Shown here: positions 36,876 to 49,756 of the stretch, one piece after another
Layout of the letters: the number at the start of each line of letters is the position of its first letter
Position numbering within the stretch: position 1 is the first letter of the stretch
Source: Marsupella aquatica
Taxonomy: Eukaryota > Plantae > Marchantiophyta
Length of the DNA: 64,000 nucleotides
Reading direction: 5' to 3'
Assembly (NCBI GenBank): GCA_973895155.1
Contig: OZ316891.1
Coordinates: forward strand, 19,679,048-19,743,047
Position numbers and translations under genes: made by a program
The notes under the pieces: generated by a model
What the model was told of the DNA's origin: nothing
The model's database searches: none
What the model saw: the letters and a program-made list of their open reading frames with translations, nothing else

Positions 36876-37439
36876 AAACGGGGTAAAGCATTCCGTGACA
36901 TATGCAAAACCCAATACAATCGGGCATTTATCTTCAAGATGGTATGCAAACTGGGTTTTTGCTATGTGATAAGTGAAAACTCATACACTTGTGCACTTAT
37001 CATAGAAAAGCTGGGCAAGCTGGGTCATTCTCAAGAATACATGCACCCACTTGGAAACCATGATGGAAGCCAGCAGAACACTAAGGAAATCAAGACAATT
37101 GCAGAGACTATCGACAAACTCAAATTTTTTGTACATCCATGGGCTAACCTTGAGATACCTGGAACGTTAAATGAATGAAAAAGGATACCAGGAGAAACAG
37201 GGTGCAGCAATGTTATGAACATTCGGGCGAAAGTTGCCAAACACAGCTACATCTGGCCGACCAATGACAGCAAACGAACACAATGCCAGATTATTGCCTG
37301 AGTAATTGATTCAAAAAGGTTGTCATGAATATGGTTCAGGGTCAAAGTTTGTCGAAGCAGCACCTGAATGTCGCGCCATCGAGGTCTCACTTTGGAAGGA
37401 GAACATGTTAGTAATATTCTTACCTGAAATTCCCAAAAT

Positions 37440-40030
37440 AATTTTGACCATTAGATTTCCCTAGATTTAAGGCTGATCGTGAGATTCTGGCTAATGGGGC
37501 CTGTGACAAGGTGGGAAAGTGGCAAATGGTACATATAATTGTTTTTTGCTAAAGTGGCAAAGACTTTTGGAGAGGGGGAATCTAGCAAAAATTTGCCACT
37601 AGAAAAATGTTGCTCAAAACCCAAACCGTCATCATAGAGTAAGTAAAAAATAATGTGGCCATCATTTCCCAAAATTCAGGAAAAGATGTCAAGGAGAGGG
37701 TTTCATATATAACACTGAAACCCTCTCCTGCCAAAAAGACAGTTTCATATATAACCCTCTCCTGCCAAATGGGGAGACATGGTCCCAAAGGCAAAAAAAT
37801 ACCAATAAAGGGAAGAAGAAAAGACTTACTATCGACGAAGGAAAAATATATATTTTATTGTTGTGACCAAACACATTTTGGACATTTTGGTCAGAGCTTG
37901 TTTAGGTGTGGACTTGTGCCATCAGTTTTTGTGTAGACTTACTTTTCTTGTTAGGAAAATGGCACAAAGTTCAGCATTTTATTTCATATGATTTGATATA
38001 CCACATCCTTGGCCAACAAGCTATTTGGTCTAATAAGACTTACTGAAGTTTCCACCTCTATGTTTTCTGAGCCTATCTTCTTAGATGAATTTTCTTTGTA
38101 TTTAGTGCCACAATACTCTACCGTGACTACCAACAACCAACAGAGGGAAATCCTGTCAAGGCCAATGTGGGTCAATCATAATTCAACACAGAGCCTGAAA
38201 GTATGATCAAAAATATAAACTTGCCATGCACATATAAGTAAGTGAAATACAATGTGATTGTGCGCTTACTGACAAGTATTCATATACACTTATGAAGGGT
38301 TTGCACTTAAAAATTTGTCATTTATTGAAAACAGTTCAGGCCTATTTGCACTACCAATGGTACCAACTCTGTCAGAAAGGGCAAGAAATGAATGCATTGC
38401 AGAAAGCCAGGTTTGCACTTATGGATTGTCCACTTATAGAGAGACAACTTTGAGATTTGACGATAGTGTCGACAACAAAGGTTTCCACAATAGATATGCA
38501 TACTCATGGCTTCCTATGTACTGGTGCTTGTTTTGAATTTTTTTGGACATTGATCTGGTTGCCAGATGTTTTGTTTTGTGCTGCTCTTTGTCAACAAAGA
38601 GTCACTAGTCATACCCAGTCAAGCAACTTTAGGGATAGATTTAGAGTCATGCCAGGCAAACAAGTTTACAAATAGGTTCAATTGTGGGATAGATTTAGAG
38701 TCATGCCTGGTTAACAAGTTTATAAATATGTTCAATTGTTATCCAGAGATGCACGGAAAAAGGCTCCACAATGAAACACAAATATGTTAATTGTGTTGAT
38801 AGGTTAAATAAGTTCTACCTTACTCATCGTCAGCCCCATCACAATACAATAAAGAACTCCAAAAATATTCTCTCCTATTTCCCCTCGTCTACTCGCTATC
38901 TCTACCTCCCTTCTCTCTGTCGTACATAACTACAGTACTGTACTTCTCGTGTACTTCTCTCCTTGATTCCCTCCTCCTCTTCGTACTTAGGATCAGTACT
39001 AAACTTTTCCTGTGCTATCCTTGGTTTCTCCACTGAAGCGTATAATACTCTCTGGCAGGTTGCTATTTGAGTTCACCTGAAATTTTCCCTCTCATGAACA
39101 TGCAAGATGCTTTCACCTTGATTGCCATCACCACCCACAGGGAAACCTTACTTTAACCAAGTGGCTTAGGTCAGTTGGCTAGGGGATTAACCCAGAAGTG
39201 AAAGGTCCTAGGTTCAATCCCCCCTCCACACAGTGGTGGGGAGTATATATGTGTGTGAGGGGAGAGGTTTTGTGAGTAGTGGATTAGAATTCCGATTATC
39301 TCTTTGGCTCTGGTTGCCCACTTTGTGACCCTGATTTAATACTCTCTCCCTCCTGGTGCAGGTCCTTGTTGGATCTGTGAGGGCTCACCCTAAACTGGGT
39401 TCGCCACAAAGAATGCATGTCACTATTGGGTGAGGAGAGTCTACTAAGTGCTCCTCCTCATTCCCTTTCAAGTCAGAAACCAAACCATACTTTCATTTCC
39501 ATCATCTATGTGTGATATCGGACTATTTTGAGACAATACAATGCTGTGTAATTTTCTGAGATACTACTACTTTGTAATGTCTCCATTCCATCCTCCAACA
39601 AGAGAGATTGCCTAAGGTATGGTAAGTACAGGCATTTTATATGTGGGTCAAATTTGCTAGACTCCACCTCTCTGAAAAGTAATAGCCACTTTTGGCAAAA
39701 TTAGGCCTGTCTTCCACTCGTTTTACTGCCTATTGTTTGAGCATAAACACTGATGAGGACATCAAAGACTTGCAAAAATAATAAATTTCGTATTCACCTT
39801 CATCAACGTCTTGCCTTTTTGTTACATGCCGGCCCACCTTTAGTTATACCCCCCGAGTCAGTGTATAGAGAGGTTTGACTAAAGACAATATTCTGTGAGA
39901 GGAGATTTTGATTGCAAGTATACAGCTACAGATTAGCTACTGTAGAGTAGTTTCCCACCTAGACACGGGCCCATTAGACAAATCTATCAATGATCCTTAG
40001 ATCTAGGGAAATCTGACAGTCAGAAATTAA
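37440..40030. mobile_element. Region bracketed by ~85-bp degenerate inverted repeats (possible Mutator-like or Pack-type element)
   Basis: AGATTTCCCTAGATTTAAGG..CTAATGGGGCCTGTG..AGGTGGGAAA (37453-37518) is the reverse complement of TTTCCCACCT..CACGGGCCCATTAG..CCTTAGATCTAGGGAAATCT (39951-40014). Termini and TSD not resolved. Confidence 0.45.
39157..39481 (+). mobile_element. tRNA-derived SINE
   Basis: A-box-like TGGCTTAGGTCAGTTGG (~39162-39178) and B-box GGTTCAATCCC (39211-39221), followed by a non-tRNA body. Decayed 14-bp TSD AAACCTTACTTTAA (39143-39156) / AAACCATACTTTCA (39482-39495). Confidence 0.7.
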
Positions 40031-41045
40031 TCTAAGAATAATAGACAAGGGATATTTCTGGGGTCTTCTCATTCATACAAGGTGTCATTAGCGGCCTTTG
40101 GCAAAAGAGAAATTACTTAAAAATTATGTTGCTGAAAATCATCCGACCAATTCCACCCCAAAACTGTAGCTGTGTCCCATAGTCTTTGTCTCGAGGTTCA
40201 ATTCTAGACTGTCCCATAGTCATTGTCTAGTGTAGGTTTCACTCTGGACTGTAGGTCTTGTTATCTTAGTTTTGGGATAGGGCTTTATAAGATAGCGAGA
40301 TAGACAGATATGATGTCCAAAAGTGAACTATGTGACTTAAAACCATACCAATCACGTCAAATTGATTCTATCCTACTTCAATCTTTAAACCTTTATAACT
40401 CACTCAATATGGCGATTACATGCCATGTAAGGATACCATTGAAAAGATCTTTCGGACACCTTTCCATTGATACTATTGGGCATGGTAGTAGTTTGGAATA
40501 CATGAGAAAATGACCTACCAAAATCTCTGTTTTCTAAGAAACACTGTGGGAGCTTTGTGGTTTCAAATATTGGAATTGCAAATGAACTCGCTCAATTACA
40601 ATTCAATCCCATCTCAGTCTACAATACAAATAAGAGTGATGCTCTCATTGACCCAGACTGTGAACCTTTACTCATTGACACCATGGGACCGTGACACGTT
40701 TTACACCCTTACTCATTGACCCCCTTCTTGCTTCCAAAAAGTTTTTTTATCTGCAAAGGTTGACCTTCAAATATCTCCCTTTCAATAAAGCCCTAATTGA
40801 CTTGACACTGCTTGGGCGAGTTATTAGAAGGGGCTTGGATTGGAGTCAAATTTCATCATTAAGAAGATGACAGTCTCGTTTTCTTTGTCACATGTCGCTT
40901 TGTATAATCTGTAAAATACTCCAAAGAGGGCTTTGGTGCAGTCCATCTTAGTTTATCTTGGTTTCAAAATGTTGTGATGGCCTTTTGGCAAATGTGGAGA
41001 TTGATCCGGGTTTCAATTTCACAATACAATAGAAGCAATTACATC

Positions 41046-41249
41046 TCCGTCTACAAGACAACATGGAAGCAATGCAATTCGATGATGCAGAGCTGAGGTT
41101 TCGAGAAAAGGCGGATTCGCAGCTGGGTGTCGTGATAGCAAGCGAGCTTCCATCCCGTCTACAAGACAACATCGAAGCAATTCGATGATGCAGAGCTGAG
41201 GTTTCGAGAATAGGCGGATTCGCAGCTGGGTGTCGTGGTTGCAAGCGAG
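41046..41249. repeat. Tandem duplication (~108-bp unit x2) just upstream of the SET gene ATG
   Basis: CCGTCTACAAGACAACAT..GCAGAGCTGAGGTTTCGAGAA..GGTGTCGTG..GCAAGCGAG occurs twice. Confidence 0.93.
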
Positions 41250-41278
41250 TAAGGGAGCAAGGACAACAACAGTAAGCC

Positions 41279-44200
41279 ATGTCAATGCTGAGCCGTTCGC
41301 TTCTGCGCCGATTTGCCGTCTCGGCTCTGCAAAGTAAGGCACTACTGTCAAGAGTATCCGAGGTCTCTCTTTCTGGTTTGGTGTTTTGTCCTCTGGACCT
41401 CTTTTGCTTTTACTCCACTGTGCTTTGTTTGGCGCCTTATAGTAAATTGGTCCTTTTTCGCCATTTCGCTTTCTGGTTGTTCTTTCTTGCTCAGTTCTAC
41501 AAAGCGTGTTCTACAGTAGTTTCGAACCGTGTGTTTTGATGCGTTAATTGCTCAAATCATCATACAAGTGTATATCGGGTTTTGTGAGACTAGGAAATGG
41601 TTCAGCCAAATATGGAAGAGGTCTGTGTTCTCATGGCCTGCTTGATTTCTTACATTCTCGTTCAAGGAGGGGAAGAATGTTATGTCTCGGCAATATAATA
41701 CGTACCATTTGAAGATTCAACGTGTACATATTCTGTGAGATTTAATGTGCTTACCTTTAAGTATTTAAATTTGGTTGATACTTTTCTGGGTGATGATGTT
41801 GTGCAGGGCCGCCCATAGTTGTGCAGCAAACTGCTGCAGCGGGGAGAGGTGTATTTGCCACGCGTGACATTGCACAGGGGGAGTTCATCCATTCAGCAGA
41901 GCCCATAGTTGCTCACCCTAAGCTTGATTGTATTTCTAAGGTATGTTCAAACGCTTCAGGTCCCGGAGTACTACAAGTATGACAGGCTTTCATGTTGCTC
42001 TTAGCAGTGCTTGTTTTGTACGATAGGTGCCATAGTATTGGTTATCTTTACTGCCTTTATGTCCAATTGTTACTTTCTTCTTGTTTCATCGTAATTGCTT
42101 CACGTGCACACCGAGACAATCCCGTGCCTGTTATGGTTTCCCACATTTCAAATATTTTGAGTCATTAGAGTTCTAGAGAAATCATAAGCTGTGGCTTTCA
42201 AATGAAAGCTTGGTGCAAGATATCAATATTGAAATACATTTCGGTTGGCAACTAAATGTGCACCTTTTGTGGTATGGATGAGGTTGTTTGGTGTCTTTCT
42301 TTGGAAATTCATGTCATTTGAGAGTGTCTCTTCTCCTTGCAGGTCTGTTATTATTGTCTAAGATCACGTGACCAACAACTCATGCATCCAACAAGGAGGC
42401 ACTTTGAGGAGGAGCATCTTCAAGCAAATGTGGATGCTAGCACGGCCCTGGAAGCAGAAGGTCATGATTTGAATGAAATCGGTTCTTACGGAGAAGCACC
42501 TTCCTTCTGCAGTGCGTCGTGTGCAGCTAGTGCAGAGGTTAGTTTCTAGCAGGATCTGCTGTCTTGTAATTTCTCTGTATTGTTTTTCAGTAACTTTGTT
42601 CTCACGTGTACTACCGTTATCGCTTCAATCTCCGCTTGTCTCCCTTAAAGCCCTGTCGGTCGGAGAGTTTCATTTGCCCCTTCCGGTGATTCAAGAGCTT
42701 TATGTACAAGTTAGGACAAGTCTAAATTTCGTCTTTTCCTGTCGCAGAAGTTCTTCATGATTGAGAGTATGGGTGACTGGTCAGAATTGCATCTTCACTG
42801 CAGGTTATTAGTCTGGGAAAGACCGTCGATGAGTTTTGCGTCTCACATTCGTTAATCTTTGTTCTTTTGGGCTTTCCAAATTCGCCATACGTCTGCCATG
42901 AATTCCCGTTTGCATTTTAGTGTTGTGCTGACTTACAATTTTTGGTGTCCTGACTCGTTTGTGTTGTCTTAGCAGTAATGATACCTGTTGATCTTGGATG
43001 CCTGGGACAGAGACTGATTTTTTATCCATTTTTATCGAGTTGCTGTTCAATTATAGTTTATCATGACCTTGAGCTTTTCAGGAGCAGGGCTAAGATAGTC
43101 TTTCTGGGACATTGCATTGCTGCCCATGAATGAGCTGGTCGTGCTGTGCTGATTTACAATTCTTCGCTTGCAGTTATTGGATCGTCGTTTGGTGATGACA
43201 GGACAAATTCCTTGAAGTTTCCACTAGTAGCCAGGCGCTTGGCTTGCATGGTCGTTGCGGGATCTGCATCTCCTGATGCACTCGATAATCTCGCCTATCC
43301 TTCATTACCGGATTGCACAGCTCTTCAGGTCAAGATTTATTGATTGCCACCATATCTGGCTACGGTTTTTCAAATAAAGCAGGATAGGAAGCCTTCATGA
43401 ATGGAGACTCCTACAGTTTGAAGTTGGATGCCACAAAATAGAGTTTTAAAACACCGTCCATTCCAGGTTTCCGCTTTAACGAGTTTGATTGTTGCAGTGG
43501 AGGGAAGAGAGGGCTGTGCTAGTGAGAACTTTGAAGCAGGCAGGTGTCCAGCCAAACTTTCTGGAATGTATCCTTGAGCTACAAGCAGCAATTGTCTCAA
43601 ACCATGTGTATGCAGATGTGGTTATGGAGAGTGAGGTCCATTAGAAACAAGCTTTGTTTTGGGGGCCTAGAAGAATTTCACCAGCTACTGTCGATCATAC
43701 CACTTGCAGAACGTGATGAAGCGAATACAAAACATTATTCAACAATGGAGATTTTTTATTGAATATAGTCTTGTTTTCATCTTTTGTTCGACAGTAGTCT
43801 TAAGTTGCTCTATTGTGTTCATTGGCTCCTTCAAAATCCGCCATACTTGACATTCTTCTTTGACATCCTTCAGTTCTGTCGGAGGGTTGGTATGCAGGTG
43901 TCATTGCAAGGCTCCATATCAACGCATTTGCCATTGAAATGATTGATACTGCCAGCTACGGAGATCTCTTTGACGCTGCAGCTTCGTCGATTTCAGGGGA
44001 GGGTAGTGTTGGTACAGCAGTGTACATGCTGCCTTCCATGTACAATCACGATTGTGGTGAGGTTCCACTGTGCAGTGCTTGCAGGTGTCAACTGTTTTTT
44101 GAATTCAGTAAAGCATCTATCTGCTAAGCCAACATTTGGATTTGTATTGCCACGTCGTTACCTCTTCTTGGAATCCCTGTAAGGTACCCTGACTGGACTG

Positions 44201-44525
44201 GGGTGCTACCATATGCCCTTGCAGATCCAAATGTCCATGTGCAATGGCCTGAGAATTCTTCAGTACGCTTGGAAGCCCGTCAGACGATAAAACAAGGTGG
44301 GCGTATTGAACAGTGCAGTGTCGACGAATGCTCTATTTCAAGGAGAGCTTTGCAATCACACATCGAGACGTAAGGAGACCTGACCCATTTGTGTTGTCGA
44401 GTGCAGGTGAAGAGCTTCGAATCACATACGTGGATGCAAGTCTGGGCTGTCATGCACGGCAGGAAATTTTGAGTAATGCATATGGTTTCTTGTGTGAGTG
44501 TTCTCGCTGCAGGGACAGGGATTGA
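41279..44525 (+). CDS. ATXR4: SET-domain (SMYD-type) lysine methyltransferase, ATXR4/SDG38-like; 9 exons
   Basis: Exons 41279-41333, 41807-41940, 42343-42537, 42748-42803, 43202-43328, 43498-43567, 43874-44056, 44225-44296, 44407-44525 splice in frame. Motifs AGRGVFATRDI, CYYC, ARLHINAF, AVYMLPSMYNHDCDPN, GEELRITYVDAS, YGFLCECSRC. The exon 1 boundary is less certain. Confidence 0.93.
43568..43873 (+). other. U12-type (minor spliceosome) GT-AG intron
   Basis: 5' site GTATCCTTG; branch-point-like TTCTTTGAC about 10 nt before the AG; boundaries fixed by the reading frame (F codon split T|TT). Confidence 0.8.
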
Positions 44526-47500
44526 GAATATAGTTTTCTGTGTAGAGAGAAATTTTTCACATTGTAAAGACATCCGGCTTTACAACCGTCCCTTTACAAA
44601 GAGTCTCAGTATCTGAGGCAAGTTTTCTCTTTGTCAGGACGTAACACTGAAGGGAGGTTTGTTATTCCACCGTGCTCTTTGTACCGCTCATTTCCAATGA
44701 AGTGTCAAAGATTACATAGTCCTCCATGCACTCCTGTTAGACTCTATTTGGGGCACCTGGATTGTGATTCGTAGATAGTGTAGTTTGCTTTGAACATCTC
44801 CATTGGAGAAGTGTCACAGCTATTAGGCATTACCAAGCCTGCGTCATCTCTTACAAATTGCCTTCAATACAAAGTCCTCCAGTGGAAACCGTTAAAGCAA
44901 ATTCTGACAACATTTTCTCTTGAAAGGAACATCACTGAGTTGAGAATCGATCAAAAGACTAAAATGCCCGCTTCCTATACAGAATTCTGGTGTGATTTCT
45001 CAAACGATTCTACCTCGTCGTTTGATTGTCGACAGGCACTACAGTAATATACCTGACTCCACTGCCCGAATTATGACGTTTGTGGCTCCGAATGACGAGT
45101 GTTTTTTTCTCAATCCTTCAAAACTAATTTGCGAACTGTACTGTCTAAGACCCAATCCAGAAAATAATGCAAAGCAAACGAACGAGATATACATCGTGAG
45201 AACAGATGATCGGTCTTGTACATCGTCTGCAGGAATGACGTATCGATCGATTTACAATTCAATCCTCGCTCCCTTCTACAATTAGTCTTACCCCTTGGCT
45301 TCCAGACACTAACTCAGTGTTTGTATAGAACCAACATTGTGACGACACTCAGTATGAGCTTAAGATGTCTACACGGTTTCGTTGATGTGCACCAAGAGAT
45401 GAAATTTCCGTGACCAAGACTTTTTTGTGTTTCCTTTGAGCAAAAGCTGCCCGGTACCTTATTGACGTACACAGAGAACTTGTTTTGGAATATATATGAG
45501 GACAACTCCATAGGTGGCATGCAATAGTCAAGCAAGCCTAGAATACATCTCCAAAACTTTACAAAGAGGTCATCAATCAAACTTCTGGTACCTATACATA
45601 TTACTCAAGCCCAGGGATGGTAGTCCGTTGTTATTGATGGAATGCATCGTGACCGGTTTCCTTACGGGAGCACGTATTGCTATTCCTCCCTATTGCCAGA
45701 AGCTTCGAACTCCGGACAGGCACTTTTATAGCATACCTCGCTAAAAATCTGAAAATTTTCATGCTCTGTCATTTGATGGAAGATACCCTACGTTGTAGTA
45801 ATTGTAGGGATGGACGTGCCACTCTGTACCGATTTTGGTCAGTTTTGTTACATTCATCAATTCAAAAGATACGACAACATGCTGTGACTGACGGAGCAGA
45901 TTGCTCATCAGGCGTTTGTGTTCGGAATTTTTGCTTGTTTGAACGGAGATCAAGGATAGAGTTTAGATCCGAGAAGTTTGCGGGATTTGTCAATTGGGAG
46001 GAATGTATGCGGCCTATACATGGGCTCAAATTGAATGTGGTCCGGGAATCAGAGCGCTTCACACACCCAAGAGGCTGTCTGAAGCTAAGAAGTCGCCATG
46101 AAACATCAAGATATCTTTACGTCCCATTGTTCCAGGGAACCCTCATGCAGGCCTCATGACACAATGACTGATCATTTGAGTTGTTTACAAAGAATCAATT
46201 GTCACTTCAGATATCTGTTTTTTGATTTCTTCATTTTCAGAAGTAAAGATTCAGATCTAGTCTCTTTTGAAAATCTTCAATCATTTTGTGACGCATTCCT
46301 TAGGTGTAAATTAAATGTGGTGGCAGTGTGGAAGAAAGTAGTGAAGACTCACTGTCGAAAATCGCAAGAGTGAAGATCCGGCCGTCGACTCAGAAGTAGA
46401 CTAGCTAAGTGGGGCAATAGTAGCCTCTCGAATTTAGGGGATGTTCGACTTCACATTTGACATCTGAAGCTGCCGGGATCGAGATGTGGTGAGAAGTCAG
46501 TCCTCGTCCATATGAATCGACAATTCTCAAAGAGGCAATTGTCGAATTATGTTGGAACGAAAAGAAAGAAACTCTGCTCGATTTCGCTTTTTCTCTTGAA
46601 ATCTCGTACATTTAAGAACAAGTTCAAGCTTCTCACTGTGGTCCACGAAAGCGACCACCAGATGCGTCCGTGAACAGCAGATCGAACCGAAAGAAATCGT
46701 ACGTAGTATGTGCGAAGGCTCATGGAATGGTTTTCACGAAATTAATTGTTGTTGTTTTGGTCATGGCAATGTTGACCGCCATCAACTACTTTCGACATGC
46801 CTTCCGTTCGTGATTCGATTCAGGCACGAGTTCACGAGGGTGAGGAGAGGTTGCCTTAAATCAAGCGCACATGCTAAGAGGGGAGCGTGGAGTCATCTTC
46901 TGCGTGCAGCGCTGGAGACAGGTTTTTTCCATGATAATTATACACATGGTCTGCATGGAGAGCTCGAGTCAAACACTACAACCATTTCGCTACGTCCCGT
47001 ACACCTGTGCGGCTGTGCTCAACACAGGCATATTGCCCGCTTAATCAATTTACAACTCAGCAAACGAATCAGATGGATTTCCGGTCTCGTAGAGTTTCTT
47101 GCCATTATCTGTACGGCAGGGGGTGCGCGTTCACATCTGGGGATATGTTGTCGATTTCTCGGATACTACAGTAGAGTTCCGTCGTATAACGCGTTCCTTG
47201 AACTCCCTAATGGTGATCAATCTTTCTACAGAAAGACGATCACCACAAGAAGCTGACCTTCACGATAAGCTATGATCGTGAGCTCGAGGTAAGGTGCCAT
47301 ACATATTGCCGAAGGCATACAATATATCGATATCCATTGTACGTTTCGAGTCCGCTTATATTTGGACCCACAGACAGCCTCGGTTGTGATCTCGGCTCTA
47401 TAAATCTAGATATTTTTGACGAGGTACAGGACACGAAACGACGGATGTGGTCCTCTATAGACTGAGGAAGTACTTGGAAAACGTAGTTCTAACGGAGCCT

Positions 47501-49756
47501 ACTGCATCTTCATTCGAACGCTTGGATTAATTGTAGGTCGGGGACGTTCTGTGGTTGCTGATGGAGGAGTGTCAAGGTACCGTTCCCACGTAATGTACAG
47601 GACCCGATATAGTATACCGTAACGGAGGAGCGACGCTTCAGTAGACAGTGTGCACGAATATGGGCGGGAGGAAGGGAGGGAGTCGTCAGGGCGAGAAGGT
47701 CGGGCGAGGGAGGGTGTTTTGCAGAAGATCAATTCTTCCTCTGCCTTCAGTCTTCTTGGGGCGTGCGTGTGGAAGATCGTTCGATTTCATCCTGTTGGTT
47801 GGAGGATCATTGCGTTACTAGAAAGAGGGAGCGGGGGAGACGTTTCACAGTCCGGGCGTGGGCGGGCGGGCAAATTAACACGCACATACTACTACTACTC
47901 ACGCACGCGGGCAGGAATGGAAAGCATGCACGCAAGGGAGGCGGGGTACGTTTGTTTGGTGTAACAAGAGAGAAACAGCGAGCTACAACAAGCAAGCTGG
48001 CTTATGGCTGCATCATTCTGGAGTCCGAACGAACGCTACGAGGTGGTGCTGGGAGGCAGGCAGGGAAAGAGGGAGGGAGGGAGCGAGCTGGATGCGCGGA
48101 TGCTGGAAGTTGGAGCACGAAATGCATGCAAGGAAGCCGAGTGTCGTTGTCTGAAAGAGAATGCAGCACGGTGTGGAAAGAGCATGAAATGCATGCAAGC
48201 GAGAATGGTGGCTTGACAGAGGATTCGGGGTGGTACTCTGTAATGCGAGGGGTGCGATTCGTTCGGCGACCGTGCCTCCATAAGAGTCGCATTGAAGGGG
48301 GACAGTACAGAGAATGAATGAACGAACGAAGGGAGACAGAAAGAGAGGAGAGATACCCATGTGCACGTAGTGTGTTGAGTGATCAACGACAATGTTGTTC
48401 TGCTGATTAAACGGCGTTCTTGTATGAGAAGGATCAGAGAAGAAGAATTTTGTCTCTGCGTGCATGCGTGCGTCGCGGCTTCAGTAGTCTCAACGACAGG
48501 TTGTGACTCGTACGTCGGTCGCGGAGGATACATAGGCAGCCTCTTTCGGCTCGCTCTCTCGCACTGGCCTAGGCTCCTAGGCCGGGGCTGGGTTGGGGGC
48601 GCGGACCTCGAGTGCCCGACCGATCAGTAATTGTGAGGCAGGCTACGGCCGCTTCGCTCACCCTCAATTAGATCGGTCAATTTCGAACGAAATTCGATAC
48701 GGCCGATTGGATCGTGCGGGAATTCAAGCAAGGGTCATTGCCAGCCTGTATCGGCGAGACGCGTGAGTCGGTGTCATTGTCATTGTCGTCCTCGTACGAT
48801 CGACGTTTGTTCTTGTGGGGATCTAGCTGGATACACCTCCGCGATTAGTTGTCTTTGAAAATTCGCGTTCCATGTCGCGATCATAGGAAAAGTTCAGGGG
48901 AAGTCTTCAAAGGGAAATTTCGTCGTTGAAAACATTGTCTTCAACTTGCGTGGCGGGAATTTCTTCGGACTTTTCCCTCCTCCTATACATGCTGTAATGC
49001 AACGAACGGACGAGAGTCGTCAAGGGAATTGAACATCGTCTTCGTCTATCGTCTGCAATTTCAGTTCGGCAGGGGGCAAACTGGTACGAGTTGTCAATGT
49101 GGTTGCGGGATATGTAACTCGCTTTGGTTCAGTGAGCCTGCTTGCTTAGTTTCCATTGAGATCTTTTGCTGCCCGTTAGCGCGGTTGCATGAAACTACCA
49201 TCAGTTTTTAGTTTTTACTGCATTTCATTTCCTCCTTCCACGCGCGCATCGAATTGGGCACGATTGGGGTTTCACTGTTCGCTCCCAGGCTGTCCGGTCC
49301 AATTTCACAATTCTTTCTGTCTACTGCCTAGTCTTGAAATTCTCCGATTCATATCTCTGTCCACTAGAATATAATTATATGGCCTCTCAACTTGGGTCCA
49401 TTCCTTCCTCTTGAACATTGCGCATAATCTGGCGGTCAACTTGCGCAGAAAACCCAGAGCCTCTGTCCGCCAGCCGCGCCAAATTTTCATTACTTGTAAA
49501 CACTTGTAAACACAAATATCAGAACCCTGACGATGACCAGGTTAAAATGACTATTCACGGGACTCGAGTCTCATCACTTTGAAAACGCCATTCAACTTTT
49601 CCTTTGCAGAAAACTTCCCTCATGTGTCATTCTTGGTTGTGCACGTCCGCCTTGGATTCTTATTCGGTATCGTGCATTTGAACCTCTGAACTACTCGTGT
49701 AGTATTTCTATCAATTCGGGGCTCTCGGAGACCTCGGATTAAGAGGATCTAGAACC

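Noticed and set aside
37159-37188. 30-nt U12-like micro-intron on the minus strand (GTATCCTTT...TTTAAC..CAG)
   Set aside because: Too short to splice and not within a recognisable gene. One such 9-mer is expected by chance in a window of this size.
39157-39230. tRNA gene
   Set aside because: A/B boxes are present but there is no convincing cloverleaf or acceptor stem. The sequence continues into a SINE-like body with a TSD.
45677-48630. Several 150-184 aa ORFs upstream of the invertase
   Set aside because: No motifs, overlapping frames on both strands and atypical composition. Treated as non-coding regulatory or leader DNA.
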